From the NCBI GenBank assembly GCA_049318725.1, contig JBMOFU010000001.1:1-50874 (forward strand): a stretch of DNA of 50,874 nucleotides, written 5' to 3'. How positions within the stretch are numbered: position 1 is the first letter of the stretch; every line of letters starts with the position of its first letter. Both the position numbers and the translations under genes were made by a program. The DNA is from Phototrophicaceae bacterium (GTDB lineage Bacteria > Chloroflexota > Anaerolineae > Aggregatilineales > Phototrophicaceae). The notes under the pieces are model-generated. The model was not told the origin of the DNA and ran no database searches. It was given only the letters and a program-made list of their open reading frames with translations. Positions 17,756 to 29,100 of this stretch are shown here, one piece after another.

Positions 17756-19003
17756 TTCACTAGAGGTTGAACCGCTCTTGGCCGCCTCAAAAGCCACCAA
17801 GAGCGATTCAGCAATCTTTTGCCAGCTATACTTCTGTGCCTCTAAGACAGATGCCTTTGCCATATTACCGCGCAACACATCGTCAACTAAGATATGCTGA
17901 ATGGCCGATGCAAGCGTTACTGAATCCCGCACAGGCACGAGTAAACCTGTATAGCCATCTTTGACAAGATAGGCAAGCCCGCCCACCGCAGAAGCAATCA
18001 CGGGTGTCCCCGAAGCCATAGCCTCTAATGCAACCATCCCAAACGACTCATATTCAGACGGAACTAGCACAACATCCGCTGCTGCATAGTAAAGCGCCAA
18101 TCGGTCATGGGCTTGTGCAGGGATGAACTCTACTTGCTCATTCAGCCCCAATTGCGTACATAGTTGCCGCAAGTTGACCATATCCCCATCAAAGCGGTCT
18201 TGCGGGTTCCCCCCGATAATGAGCAATTTCGGGCGGGTGGATACCGATAGCGGATCATAACCTAACGCTGCAAGGGCATAGAGAATGCTGTCCACTGCCT
18301 TAAGGGGTTCAATCCGACCCACAAACACCATTAAACGTTCATCAACAGGCAAGTTTAACGCATGGCGTGCCACATGCTGCTCAATGGGATGAAAGCGCGT
18401 TAAGTTTACCCCCGGTGGGCAAACAAACACCTTACGCCGATCGGCATGATATAACCAGATGAGTTGGGTACGTTCCGCCGGGGTATTGGCAAGCACGACA
18501 TTCGCCCACTGGACGATTTGCGTTTCAACATGAATGCGGGTGTGCGGCGTGCCTGCCCCCATTGACGGAATTCGGTTTTTCATCCGCCCTAGCGTGTGAA
18601 ACATATGAACAAACGGGGTTCCCCAAAACTCTTTCAGCTTTTGTGCAACCCAGCCACTAAGCCAATAGTGGCTAAAGATCAAGTCATACTGCACATTGTT
18701 GCGAATGCTGTAAGCGATTACCCCTGCGGTAAACGCCTGCAAATGGGGGAATAGGTCGTCGGGCGCAACGTCCCCTAAACCACCGGCGGCAATCTGAATT
18801 ACATTCACCCCGTTACCGAGCGCTGTATCTATCGCTGGAGCGTCTGCTACAACGCGCCGCGTAAAAATATCCACATGGATGCCCATCGTTGCAAACGTCT
18901 GAGCAATCTCTCGAATATAGGTATTCATTCCCCCAACTTTTTTCCCGCCGGGAGTGGCAAGCGGGCTAGTGTGTACACTTAAAATTGCGATGCGCTGGAT
19001 CAT
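17726..19003 (-). CDS. Family 4 glycosyltransferase (MshA-like)
   Basis: RIAILSVHTSPLATPGGKKVGGMNTY N-terminus and the GT4 EX7E region (EYESFGMVALEAMASGTPVIAS). The ATG at 19003 has a GAGG RBS and lies 13 nt after the upstream stop. Confidence 0.88.
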   Translation of the reverse strand: MIQRIAILSVHTSPLATPGGKKVGGMNTYIREIAQTFATMGIHVDIFTRRVVADAPAIDTALGNGVNVIQIAAGGLGDVAPDDLFPHLQAFTAGVIAYSIRNNVQYDLIFSHYWLSGWVAQKLKEFWGTPFVHMFHTLGRMKNRIPSMGAGTPHTRIHVETQIVQWANVVLANTPAERTQLIWLYHADRRKVFVCPPGVNLTRFHPIEQHVARHALNLPVDERLMVFVGRIEPLKAVDSILYALAALGYDPLSVSTRPKLLIIGGNPQDRFDGDMVNLRQLCTQLGLNEQVEFIPAQAHDRLALYYAAADVVLVPSEYESFGMVALEAMASGTPVIASAVGGLAYLVKDGYTGLLVPVRDSVTLASAIQHILVDDVLRGNMAKASVLEAQKYSWQKIAESLLVAFEAAKSGSTSSELATIGIGGI

Positions 19004-19016
19004 TCGCTGACCTCTG

Positions 19017-20036
19017 CTACTTCCGTAAGGTTGCATTCAACTGGTAAAGGATGACATCTTTGGCACCCATCTTGTATTTATAGTCTTCGTTACCGCGCAA
19101 GAAATCGAAGACGCTGTAGCCACGCTCAATTGCCCATTGCACAAGATATTGCAACAACACAATCCCCGGACTCAACGCGCCATATTTTTGCCGCGCAATG
19201 CCAGAGTTGTAGACAAATAGTGTATTGGCATAGTCAAAATTCAAGTAGGCGGCACAGGCAACGCCATCCACGTAGATAAACGCCAACTTCAAGAGGCCTA
19301 GTGCATGTAAACTGGGCATTAAACGCCTAAAAAAATCAAGATGTTGCGGGTTAGTCAAGAACGCCGCTTTATCTTCATCGGCACTTGCCATCAACGCTAA
19401 AAACAAATCCAGCGCTGCTTGTAAATCATCGTCAACCCCAACAAATGACCATGTCACGGCATATTCACCGCCTTGTGCATGGCGCATTTTACGCTTCACT
19501 TCTTTGCGCTCACGGCTGTCCAGTATCGTTTCGACATACGCATCATAGCTTTGGGGCAATACGATCTGTGGGGAAACCTCACTCACGGTGAAGCCTACCT
19601 CAAAGCCTGCTGTTTCAAGCATCGCCGCCAAGTGTTGATAGGTTGGGCTATGCGGTTGCAAGTTGGCAAAGGCAACTGCGTCAAAGCGGTCAGCAGTTTG
19701 CTGAAGGTGCTGCGCCAATGATTGATAAACCGCACCTGCATAATCAAGATGAACAATGATGTCCATGTAGTCGGTGACATCAATATGCCCGACAAGGTAC
19801 AACATCCGTTGTGTACCCACTTGCGCGATGAAACACGGCACAATCCCGATCAGTACATCTTCATCCGTCCAATAGGTAATCACCCACAATTGCCCCGGAT
19901 GATAGGCTGCCCACCACGCCGAATACCACTCCCACAAAGCAAAGGGGCTGTTAAAGCTGCTTTGTTGAACCAGCGAATTCCAATGCGGTTTCAGCGTATC
20001 AAAAACAACAGGATCACTGTATTCGATAACTTTCAT
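19017..20036 (-). CDS. FemAB/CelD-like GNAT-fold acyltransferase
   Basis: 339 aa. The C-terminal half (GALSPGIVLLQYLVQWAIERGYSVFDFLRGNEDYKYKMGA) matches the BioF2-like/CelD acetyltransferase family. Confidence 0.7.
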   Translation of the reverse strand: MKVIEYSDPVVFDTLKPHWNSLVQQSSFNSPFALWEWYSAWWAAYHPGQLWVITYWTDEDVLIGIVPCFIAQVGTQRMLYLVGHIDVTDYMDIIVHLDYAGAVYQSLAQHLQQTADRFDAVAFANLQPHSPTYQHLAAMLETAGFEVGFTVSEVSPQIVLPQSYDAYVETILDSRERKEVKRKMRHAQGGEYAVTWSFVGVDDDLQAALDLFLALMASADEDKAAFLTNPQHLDFFRRLMPSLHALGLLKLAFIYVDGVACAAYLNFDYANTLFVYNSGIARQKYGALSPGIVLLQYLVQWAIERGYSVFDFLRGNEDYKYKMGAKDVILYQLNATLRK

Positions 20037-20221
20037 GGGCTTCCTTCTTGTATAGCGGTGCAGTCTGCATTAATCAATGACGTGCCTATCTCACCTTATC
20101 ATACCCAGTCTGACGAGCAGCCAACACGATATTCTATTGGAAGGCTCATAGAGAAATGACCGCAAGGAAAAAGATTCAACTATGTTATACTATTGGCGCA
20201 ACCTAAGCTGAACCTATAATT

Positions 20222-21619
20222 TTGCCTATAGGGGGCGAAGTATTGTCCTTAGCCATTGATCCCCACGAACCCAACGGCGTAAAACAACATCTTAAACCCA
20301 ATATGCACCAGCTGGCATGGCTTGTACTATGGGCGTCCTTTGGTTTGTTCTTCGTTTTCTGTGCTTCCAGCACCTTTTCCATCTATCATTTTGTGTTTCG
20401 GTCAACCGTGCCACTAGGCGGGGTGATTGCGGTTGCAAAAGGCGCCGTCGGGATCGTCCACAATGACCTGTCAGAGAGTTTTGAGCTAGACCAAAGCGTT
20501 ATTGCCCGCGGCGATCAAGTCATCACCGATTCGCAATCACAAGCGGTGCTTAACTTTCGGAATGATGAGACACAAAATCTTGTGGCAGTTGTGACAGTAA
20601 AGGGCAACTCTATACTGGTAGTTCGCGGGGGGTTACAGCCGCGTTTCGGGTGGTCTATACGCCCCTATACCATTACCCTAGAGGCCATTCAAGGCGATTT
20701 CGATATTTTCATCCCAGAGACGCTGAACCGCCCCAATGGGGTGAATGTTCAAATTAAGTTGCCGCAAAATACGCTTGTGGATATTCGCAATGCTGGGCGG
20801 CACCACCTTGTGATTAATGAGCAAACGATTCAACTCAACACGGACAGCGGGCAGGCCGCAATGCTTGATCTTGAAGACGACGTGAGCCAATCTGTGGGGC
20901 GCGGCCAGATGATCGTCTTTGATCGAGAATCGCGGAATTTATTGCAATTGGTTGGGTATGAAAACTTAGTTTCCGAATATGACCTAGCGGCTTTACCGGT
21001 ACAGGGGGATATGCCGACAACCCTGATGAATTCTTGGAATTGCGATGACCGTAGTCCAGAGTCTACCCGCAGCACATTCATCAGCATGATTTTAGACAAC
21101 CGCAATGTCATTGAGTTGTTGCGCGGGGGCAATGCCCGCTCGCACGGAGAAACGCGCTGTGTGCAACCGTTTGGCCCTTCTGCCCAGACGGGATTGCTGC
21201 TAGAAAACTATGACTATTTGGACATTCGCGCTACGTTTTACATTGAAAGCCACTCACTTGATTTGTGTGGCGATAAGGGGAGCGAATGCCCGCTCATGCT
21301 TTTAATGGACTATATTGATACAGAAGGGCGCTCGAATCAGTGGTTTCATGGGTTTTATACCACCTTAGAAGCTCGTCGAGATTACCCCGCCTCATGCGTC
21401 AGTTGCCAAGAACCGCATGAACGGATCAATAATCAAGAATGGTACACTTATGAAAGTGGCAACTTGTTTCGCTTACTCCCAGACCGTACCCCAGCTTCGA
21501 TCTTAAACTTGCGATTTTATGCCTCTGGACATGAGTATCGGTTATTCGTTGATGAGGTGTCTTTGCGGGCGCTAAACCATGAGACGTTTGACCTCATCCA
21601 AACGATTGAGGGGAATTAA
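20222..21619 (+). CDS. Membrane-anchored protein with a FecR-like segment and a Cys-containing C-terminal domain
   Basis: One TM (LAWLVLWASFGLFFVFCASS), then a FecR-like stretch (GAVGIVHND...ARGDQVITDSQSQAVLNF). The start is uncertain: TTG 20222, TTG 20243 or ATG 20303. Confidence 0.6.
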   Translation: MPIGGEVLSLAIDPHEPNGVKQHLKPNMHQLAWLVLWASFGLFFVFCASSTFSIYHFVFRSTVPLGGVIAVAKGAVGIVHNDLSESFELDQSVIARGDQVITDSQSQAVLNFRNDETQNLVAVVTVKGNSILVVRGGLQPRFGWSIRPYTITLEAIQGDFDIFIPETLNRPNGVNVQIKLPQNTLVDIRNAGRHHLVINEQTIQLNTDSGQAAMLDLEDDVSQSVGRGQMIVFDRESRNLLQLVGYENLVSEYDLAALPVQGDMPTTLMNSWNCDDRSPESTRSTFISMILDNRNVIELLRGGNARSHGETRCVQPFGPSAQTGLLLENYDYLDIRATFYIESHSLDLCGDKGSECPLMLLMDYIDTEGRSNQWFHGFYTTLEARRDYPASCVSCQEPHERINNQEWYTYESGNLFRLLPDRTPASILNLRFYASGHEYRLFVDEVSLRALNHETFDLIQTIEGN

Positions 21620-22322
21620 ACGCAAGCCGCATCTCACGCAAAGATACCCAATCGCGCTCACCAATAATCAGGTGGTCAACAAAATCTACATCTAAGAGCG
21701 TGCTGGCAGCGATAAGGTCGCGTGTGAGATGCACATCTTCTGGGGAGGGGGACGCCGCGCCATAGGGGTGATTATGCACCATAATGTAGGCCGCTGCACC
21801 GCGCCCGATGACTTCCCGCAAGATTTCAGGAATCCGTAATACAGAGGCGTTTTGCGTCCCGACATAAAGCGTGGGGATGGAGTGTACATGGCCGTTCAGA
21901 TCAAGCAGAATGAGCTTTACCGTTTCTTGTTGCAGGTGACGCATGTCAATCACCAGTTGCATGGCGTCTTCCGCAGACTGAATCTTGAGCCGTTCTTGGG
22001 GTAAGCCGCTTTTTAGCCGAATGCCTATTTCTAGGGCAGCGCAAATTTGGGCAACTTTTGCCATCCCTAACCCCTTAAACTTGAGCAACTCATGGGGTTT
22101 GGCCTTTGCTAAACCGTGCAACCCGCCAAATTCCACCAGCAAACGCTCGGCAAGCCGTAATACATTTTCTGATGCGGTACCAGTACGCAACAAGATCGCC
22201 AATAGTTCACTGTTGGATAGGCTATTGGCACCTTGTTCTATCAATCGTTCACGCGGGCGCTCGGACTCCGGTAAGTCTGCCATCATCACAGGTGGGTTGC
22301 TCATACTAGGCTTATCGTCCAT
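21594..22322 (-). CDS. radC: RadC-family JAB-domain protein
   Basis: HhH-like N-terminus (LSNSELLAILLRTG) and the JAB motif HNHPYGAASPSPEDVHLT. Confidence 0.9.
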   Translation of the reverse strand: MDDKPSMSNPPVMMADLPESERPRERLIEQGANSLSNSELLAILLRTGTASENVLRLAERLLVEFGGLHGLAKAKPHELLKFKGLGMAKVAQICAALEIGIRLKSGLPQERLKIQSAEDAMQLVIDMRHLQQETVKLILLDLNGHVHSIPTLYVGTQNASVLRIPEILREVIGRGAAAYIMVHNHPYGAASPSPEDVHLTRDLIAASTLLDVDFVDHLIIGERDWVSLREMRLAFNSPQSFG

Positions 22323-22370
22323 GTTAGCGAATGCGAATTTACAAGGGATTGTAGCGAAGACGGCGAACGA

Positions 22371-22399
22371 TTGCGACGCTCTTTCCCCACTGCTATACT
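22371..22399 (+). promoter_or_regulatory. Promoter for the zinc-ribbon membrane protein gene
   Basis: TTGCGA (22371-22376), 17-nt spacer, TATACT (22394-22399). Confidence 0.45.
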
Positions 22400-22439
22400 G
22401 CTACCTACAATCGTAATTTGAGCGAAGGATGCCCATACA

Positions 22440-23006
22440 ATGACCTTAAATGATGTGCTGCTGTGGGGGGGAATCTATGCTGGGGTGATTGTCGTTGCGG
22501 CGTGGATTGCAATGGTCATATGGGCGTACCGAGATATGCAAGCGCGCTCACGAGAGGCGTGGTTACACGTTTTCATGGCGCTAGTCGTTTTGCTCTTAAG
22601 CCTGCCGGGACTGTTGATTTACCTGTTGCTTAGGCCGCGTGAAACGTTGGCTGAAGCCTATGAACGCTCTTTAGAAGAAGAAGCCTTACTCCAAGAAATC
22701 GAAGAAAAGCCCACCTGCCCCGGCTGTAGTCAGCGGATTCAAGAAAATTGGCAAGCCTGCCCCCATTGCCATACACGGCTTAAGAAGCCGTGCATCAACT
22801 GCGGGCAGATGTTACATCTCAGTTGGGATTTATGCCCTTACTGTGCCAGTGTACAAACCATAGGCGGGCAAGATTCGCGCGCGCACGTTTCTCGTAAAGT
22901 TCGGCGGGGTGGCGATACACAACCGCAAGAGGGGATGGACGCACCCGCACGATTAAGCTCGGCAGCGAATGCGCCCACTGTAGAATTTACTGAAAACGAA
23001 TACTAA
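22440..23006 (+). CDS. Membrane protein with a double zinc ribbon
   Basis: Two N-terminal TM helices, then CPGC...CPHC...CINC...CPYC. Confidence 0.7.
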   Translation: MTLNDVLLWGGIYAGVIVVAAWIAMVIWAYRDMQARSREAWLHVFMALVVLLLSLPGLLIYLLLRPRETLAEAYERSLEEEALLQEIEEKPTCPGCSQRIQENWQACPHCHTRLKKPCINCGQMLHLSWDLCPYCASVQTIGGQDSRAHVSRKVRRGGDTQPQEGMDAPARLSSAANAPTVEFTENEY

Positions 23007-24428
23007 CTAGACATCCATCGGAACGACATGAACCTTGAGGAAGTTGGTTTGTCCGCCAATCCCAAAGGGAATACCTGCGATGACTACCAGCACATCTTCT
23101 GGCTTGACGTAACCGGCCTTCTTACAGGCTTTAACGACCAAATCCAGCATTTCATCAATGGTGTTGAATTGCGGGATCATGATCGGGGTGACGCCCCACA
23201 CCAACGACATGCGACGATAGGTATTTTCGTTGGGGGTCACGCAAATGATGGGGACACGCGCACGCTCTGCTGAAACATTGCGGGCGGTGTAGCCAGAAAT
23301 TGTCGAAGTCACGATGGCGCGTGGTTTCAATTGCTTGGCAATTTCATACACAGAAGCCGCAATTGCATCGGTGATGGCTTCTTTTTCGCGCCGAACGCGG
23401 TTCACTTCTGGGCGCTCTGGCGAAATGCGCGCTTCTGCTGTCAATGCGATGTCGCTCATCATCTGCACAGATTCAATCGGATAGGTACCGTTTGCCGTTT
23501 CATTGCTCAACATTACCGCGTCTGTGCCGTCTACAATGGCGTTATAGACATCGCTGACTTCAGCGCGGGTGGGGCGTGGCGAGCTTTCCATTGAACTGAG
23601 CATCTGCGTAGCGGTAATCACGGGCTTGGCGCGCTCATTACATAGGCGAATCATGCGCTTTTGTTCACGCGGGACGTGTTGCGGGGGGATTTCTAGCCCC
23701 AAGTCCCCGCGTGCGACCATGATACCGTCGCAGACATCAATGATTTCTTCCAGCACATCCAGCGCGTCGAACTTTTCGATTTTGGCGATGATGCCGACCC
23801 GTTGTTCACCCGTCAGCAGGTCAATCAGCCAGCGCAACTGGCGAATATCGTCAGCAGAACGCACGAAAGACAAGGCCATATATTCGGGGTTCTTTTTCAG
23901 CACGAACTCAATATCACGGCGGTCTTTTTCAGTAATGGCAGAAAGGCTTAAGCGGGCAGTCGGGGCCATGATCCCCTTGCGGGACTCAATCAGGCCGTCT
24001 ACGGCAGCTTCAACAATCAAGCTACGCGCACGCTTTTCAACCACTTCAAATTGCATTTCACCGTCACCATAGAGCAACGGCATCCCCGGCTGAATGTCTA
24101 CAACAAATTCAGGGTGGGGCAGTTGAATGATGCCATTGGAACCGTCTGCCTCATCGAGCGTGAACTCAAAGTGATCGCCAGCCTTAACGGGGATCGGTTG
24201 CGCGACTTTGCCAAGCCGAATCTTCGGCCCTTGGATGTCTGCAAGAATCCCAATCACGGTGCCTTCTTCAGCGGCCACTTCGCGCACAAGGTCAATCGTT
24301 TTCCCTTGTGTTTCTTGGTCACCATGAGAGAAGTTAATGCGGGCAATATTCATCCCTGCCCGTATCATCCCGCGAATCACCTCTTTACTGTTTGAAGACG
24401 GCCCCAACGTGGCGACAATCTTCGTCAT
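23007..24428 (-). CDS. pyk: Pyruvate kinase
   Basis: MTKIVATLGPSS start and canonical PK motifs (NFSHG, MVARGDLG). The tracked 24479 start adds 17 aa that are not typical of PK. Confidence 0.93.
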   Translation of the reverse strand: MTKIVATLGPSSNSKEVIRGMIRAGMNIARINFSHGDQETQGKTIDLVREVAAEEGTVIGILADIQGPKIRLGKVAQPIPVKAGDHFEFTLDEADGSNGIIQLPHPEFVVDIQPGMPLLYGDGEMQFEVVEKRARSLIVEAAVDGLIESRKGIMAPTARLSLSAITEKDRRDIEFVLKKNPEYMALSFVRSADDIRQLRWLIDLLTGEQRVGIIAKIEKFDALDVLEEIIDVCDGIMVARGDLGLEIPPQHVPREQKRMIRLCNERAKPVITATQMLSSMESSPRPTRAEVSDVYNAIVDGTDAVMLSNETANGTYPIESVQMMSDIALTAEARISPERPEVNRVRREKEAITDAIAASVYEIAKQLKPRAIVTSTISGYTARNVSAERARVPIICVTPNENTYRRMSLVWGVTPIMIPQFNTIDEMLDLVVKACKKAGYVKPEDVLVVIAGIPFGIGGQTNFLKVHVVPMDV

Positions 24429-24504
24429 CTTCCCGTCTATTCCGTACAATGGTTTAGCGATAGACATACTACAGTGCATCCTTTCAGGGAATAGGGGATT
24501 TCAG

Positions 24505-25899
<1,395 letters not shown>

Positions 25900-25989
25900 T
25901 TAAATCTTGTTGAAAACATCACAGACAAGCGCGCCCCCTTCCGCTAGAATAGAACAATACCGTGCATATACTGTTGAAAGGGTATCCTG

Positions 25990-27159
25990 ATGCAAAATCC
26001 CATGATCTACCTTGACCACGCCGCCACTACCCCCACAGATCCGCGTGTGGTAGAGGCGATGATGCCCTACTTTACACAGGTTTACGGCAATGCGTCCTCT
26101 GCACATCAGTTTGGGCGCGATGCTGAATCTGCCATCGAAGATGCACGGGCGCGGGTTGCACGGGTATTGAATTGCACCCCCAATGAAGTAGTTTTCACCA
26201 GCGGTGGCTCTGAAGGGGATAACCTTGCCGTGCGAGGGGCTGCGTGGGGGGCAAAACACAGCAGCAAGGGCAATCACCTCATTACGACGCCGATTGAGCA
26301 TAGCGCGGTCGTCAAGACCCTACAGCAATTGGCCGAAACGCAAGGATTCACTGCCTCATTATTGCCTGTAGATTCGTGTGGCATGGTCAACCCCAATGAC
26401 CTTGAGACGATCATCACCGAGCAAACGAGCCTTGTCAGCGTGATGTACGCAAACAATGAAGTGGGCAGTGTTGAACCGATTGCCGAGCTTGCAGCCGTTG
26501 CCCACGCGCACGGCGCAATCTTCCACACAGACGCAGTACAGGCCGCCGGACAGCTCCCATTAGATGTGCAGGCACTCGGCGTAGATATGTTGAGCCTTTC
26601 TGCTCACAAGTTCTATGGGCCAAAAGGGGTCGGGGCGCTTTACATCCGCAATGGGGTAGAACTGCTGTCTAGCCAAACAGGGGGCAGTCACGAAAACGGG
26701 CGGCGGGCGGGTACGCACAATACGCCGTTTATTGTTGGGATGGCGAAGGCGCTTGAATTGGCCTATGACGAGTATGACGCACGCATAAGCCACTACCGCC
26801 AACTGCGTGACCAACTGATTGACGGGATTACCGCCCGTGTGCCAGATGTGATCCCTACCGGACACGCTGAAAAACGCCTGCCAAGCCATGCCAGCTTTAT
26901 CTTCACTGGGGTAGATGCCAACACGCTTATCATCCACCTTGATTTGAAAGGCGTTGCCGCAAGTAGTGCCTCTGCATGTAAGGTTGGCAACTCAGAGCCG
27001 TCTAGTGTTTTGTTGGCATTAGGCTATTCGCGTGATTTAGCGCTAGGGAGCCTGCGCTTGACAGTTGGGCAACAAACAACAGAGGCCGATATTGACTATG
27101 CCGTAGACGCCATTGCTCAATCTGTAGAAAAAGTTCGTAAAATTGGAGCGTTTCGTTAG
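25990..27159 (+). CDS. Cysteine desulfurase (NifS/IscS class, YrvO-like context)
   Basis: PLP lysine motif (SAHKFYGPKG) and active-site loop (SSASACK). Lies 11 nt upstream of mnmA. Confidence 0.92.
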   Translation: MQNPMIYLDHAATTPTDPRVVEAMMPYFTQVYGNASSAHQFGRDAESAIEDARARVARVLNCTPNEVVFTSGGSEGDNLAVRGAAWGAKHSSKGNHLITTPIEHSAVVKTLQQLAETQGFTASLLPVDSCGMVNPNDLETIITEQTSLVSVMYANNEVGSVEPIAELAAVAHAHGAIFHTDAVQAAGQLPLDVQALGVDMLSLSAHKFYGPKGVGALYIRNGVELLSSQTGGSHENGRRAGTHNTPFIVGMAKALELAYDEYDARISHYRQLRDQLIDGITARVPDVIPTGHAEKRLPSHASFIFTGVDANTLIIHLDLKGVAASSASACKVGNSEPSSVLLALGYSRDLALGSLRLTVGQQTTEADIDYAVDAIAQSVEKVRKIGAFR

Positions 27160-27170
27160 GGGCATTACCC

Positions 27171-28262
27171 ATGCAGAATCACAAGGATATAACCGTTGTT
27201 GTGGCAATGAGCGGCGGCGTAGATAGTTCAGTCGCGGCGGCCTTGCTGGTAGAGCAAGGCTATACAGTTATTGGGATGATGATGCGCTTGTGGTCTGAAG
27301 AAAGTTTTGACGACAAGCAACATAACCGTTGCTGCACCCCAGAGCAGATGAACGATGCCCAGATGATTGCCAAGCGCTTGGGGATTCCGTTTTACGTACT
27401 CGACACGAAAGCGACGTTCCGTAACACCGTCGTGCAGTATTTCATTGACCAACACGCCGACGGATTGACCCCAAACCCGTGTATTGAGTGTAATCGGCAA
27501 ATTCGCTTTTCGTTCTTGCAGCAAAATGCGCTGGCACTCGATGCCGATTACCTTGCTACAGGGCATTATGCACGCATTACACAGGCTGACAACGGGCGCT
27601 ATCAGCTACGCATGGGCGTTGACCCACTCAAAGATCAAAGCTACGTGTTGAGTGTGATGGGGCAAGAACAACTGGCTCATGCCCTGTTCCCGTTGGGCGG
27701 CTATGAAAAAGTTGAAATCCGCAAGATTGCCCACGACATCGGGCTAACGGTTCATGATAAGAAAGACAGCCAAGACCTGTGTTTCTTGGGCGATGGCGAT
27801 TATCGGCGCTTTCTGCGGGATCATGCACCGTCCTTAATCCAGCCGGGGGAAATTCGGCTTGCAAGCGGTGAGTCGCTTGGGCAACATGAAGGGCTGGTCA
27901 ATTACACGATTGGTCAACGGCGTGGGATTGGCGTGGCGCACGCCACCCCGCTATATGTGATCGGCAAAGACGCCGCACAAAACGCCCTGATTGTTGGGGA
28001 AGAATCAGAGTTAGGCCAAGCATCCCTAACCGCCAAGCGGGTGAATTGGGTCAGCGGAGAAACCCCAAGCGCACCGTTTGAGGCACAGGTGAAAATCCGC
28101 TATAAGGCCAAGCCTGTGCCGGGGATCGTCACCCCGCTAGACGATGGGCGTATTCACATCGCCTTTGAGGGGGTTTTACGAGACATCACCCCCGGACAAG
28201 GCGCAATTCTGTATCAGGGCGATTTGTGCTTAGGTGGCGGATTGATCGAAGCCGATCAATAA
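27171..28262 (+). CDS. mnmA: tRNA 2-thiouridine(34) synthase
   Basis: PP-loop VVAMSGGVDSSVAA and the conserved DQSY motif (KDQSYVL). Confidence 0.95.
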   Translation: MQNHKDITVVVAMSGGVDSSVAAALLVEQGYTVIGMMMRLWSEESFDDKQHNRCCTPEQMNDAQMIAKRLGIPFYVLDTKATFRNTVVQYFIDQHADGLTPNPCIECNRQIRFSFLQQNALALDADYLATGHYARITQADNGRYQLRMGVDPLKDQSYVLSVMGQEQLAHALFPLGGYEKVEIRKIAHDIGLTVHDKKDSQDLCFLGDGDYRRFLRDHAPSLIQPGEIRLASGESLGQHEGLVNYTIGQRRGIGVAHATPLYVIGKDAAQNALIVGEESELGQASLTAKRVNWVSGETPSAPFEAQVKIRYKAKPVPGIVTPLDDGRIHIAFEGVLRDITPGQGAILYQGDLCLGGGLIEADQ

Positions 28263-29086
28263 AATATGCTGACCAGCGCTTGCCTGTAAATCATCATCCA
28301 CAACGTGCCGATGACGATATAAGGCCCATACGGTAGTGGGGTGGTCAACCCAGCAGATTGCCCCCCTACCTTACGCCCAATAATATAGACCAACGCGCCA
28401 AAAGCACCTAAAAACACGGTGATAAACATGGCAAAAATCAGCGATTGCCAGCCCAAGATCAAGCCAGAGAAGGTTACTAACATCACATCCCCGTAGCCAA
28501 AGGCGACTTCGTTAAAGCTGTAGCCCCGTAACTCGGCAGAAATGCGGTTGTATAAAAATCCGCCGAGGTAAAACAGAAAGAACACCCCAAAGCCAAGCGC
28601 CCCCCCTAGCAACGCCCCAACGATGTTAGGTCGCATCGGCGCAAACGACGGGTATAAGAGTGCATCCACAACCGCAATCACGCCGCACGGAATCATCACC
28701 GAGAATAAAATCAAGCGGTGTTCTACGTCAATCACAAAGATCAACACGAGCGCAGCCGTATAGAACCACCAAAACCCCATTTGCCAGACTGTAAAGTAGT
28801 CAGTCCGCTCAATCATGTGTTGGGTCACGATGTAAAACAGAATACCGGTTGCAATCTCGGTAAGCGGGTAACGCCAGCTTAAGCGCGCTGAGGGGTTTTC
28901 TTTGGGGGAACGCCCACCCAATATAAAGGCGGTAATCCCCCAATAGGCAATCGGTGGGCGTGGGTTGCCGTCAGGATATTGGGGGCGTTGTGGCACGCGA
29001 TAATGCGGTAGTTCATCAGCCAGCCAGTTGATTAGGCCGCCGAGTACAACCCCAACAATCGCGGCGATCAGTGATGAAATCTGCAC
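28256..29086 (-). CDS. A24-family prepilin peptidase homologue
   Basis: Catalytic Asp motifs (FVIDVEHRLIL and FGYGDVML). The GTG at 29086 is preceded by AGAGGAG. The N-terminal region lacks the usual four cysteines. Confidence 0.8.
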   Translation of the reverse strand: MQISSLIAAIVGVVLGGLINWLADELPHYRVPQRPQYPDGNPRPPIAYWGITAFILGGRSPKENPSARLSWRYPLTEIATGILFYIVTQHMIERTDYFTVWQMGFWWFYTAALVLIFVIDVEHRLILFSVMIPCGVIAVVDALLYPSFAPMRPNIVGALLGGALGFGVFFLFYLGGFLYNRISAELRGYSFNEVAFGYGDVMLVTFSGLILGWQSLIFAMFITVFLGAFGALVYIIGRKVGGQSAGLTTPLPYGPYIVIGTLWMMIYRQALVSIFY

Positions 29087-29100
29087 GGGAAAACTCCTCT

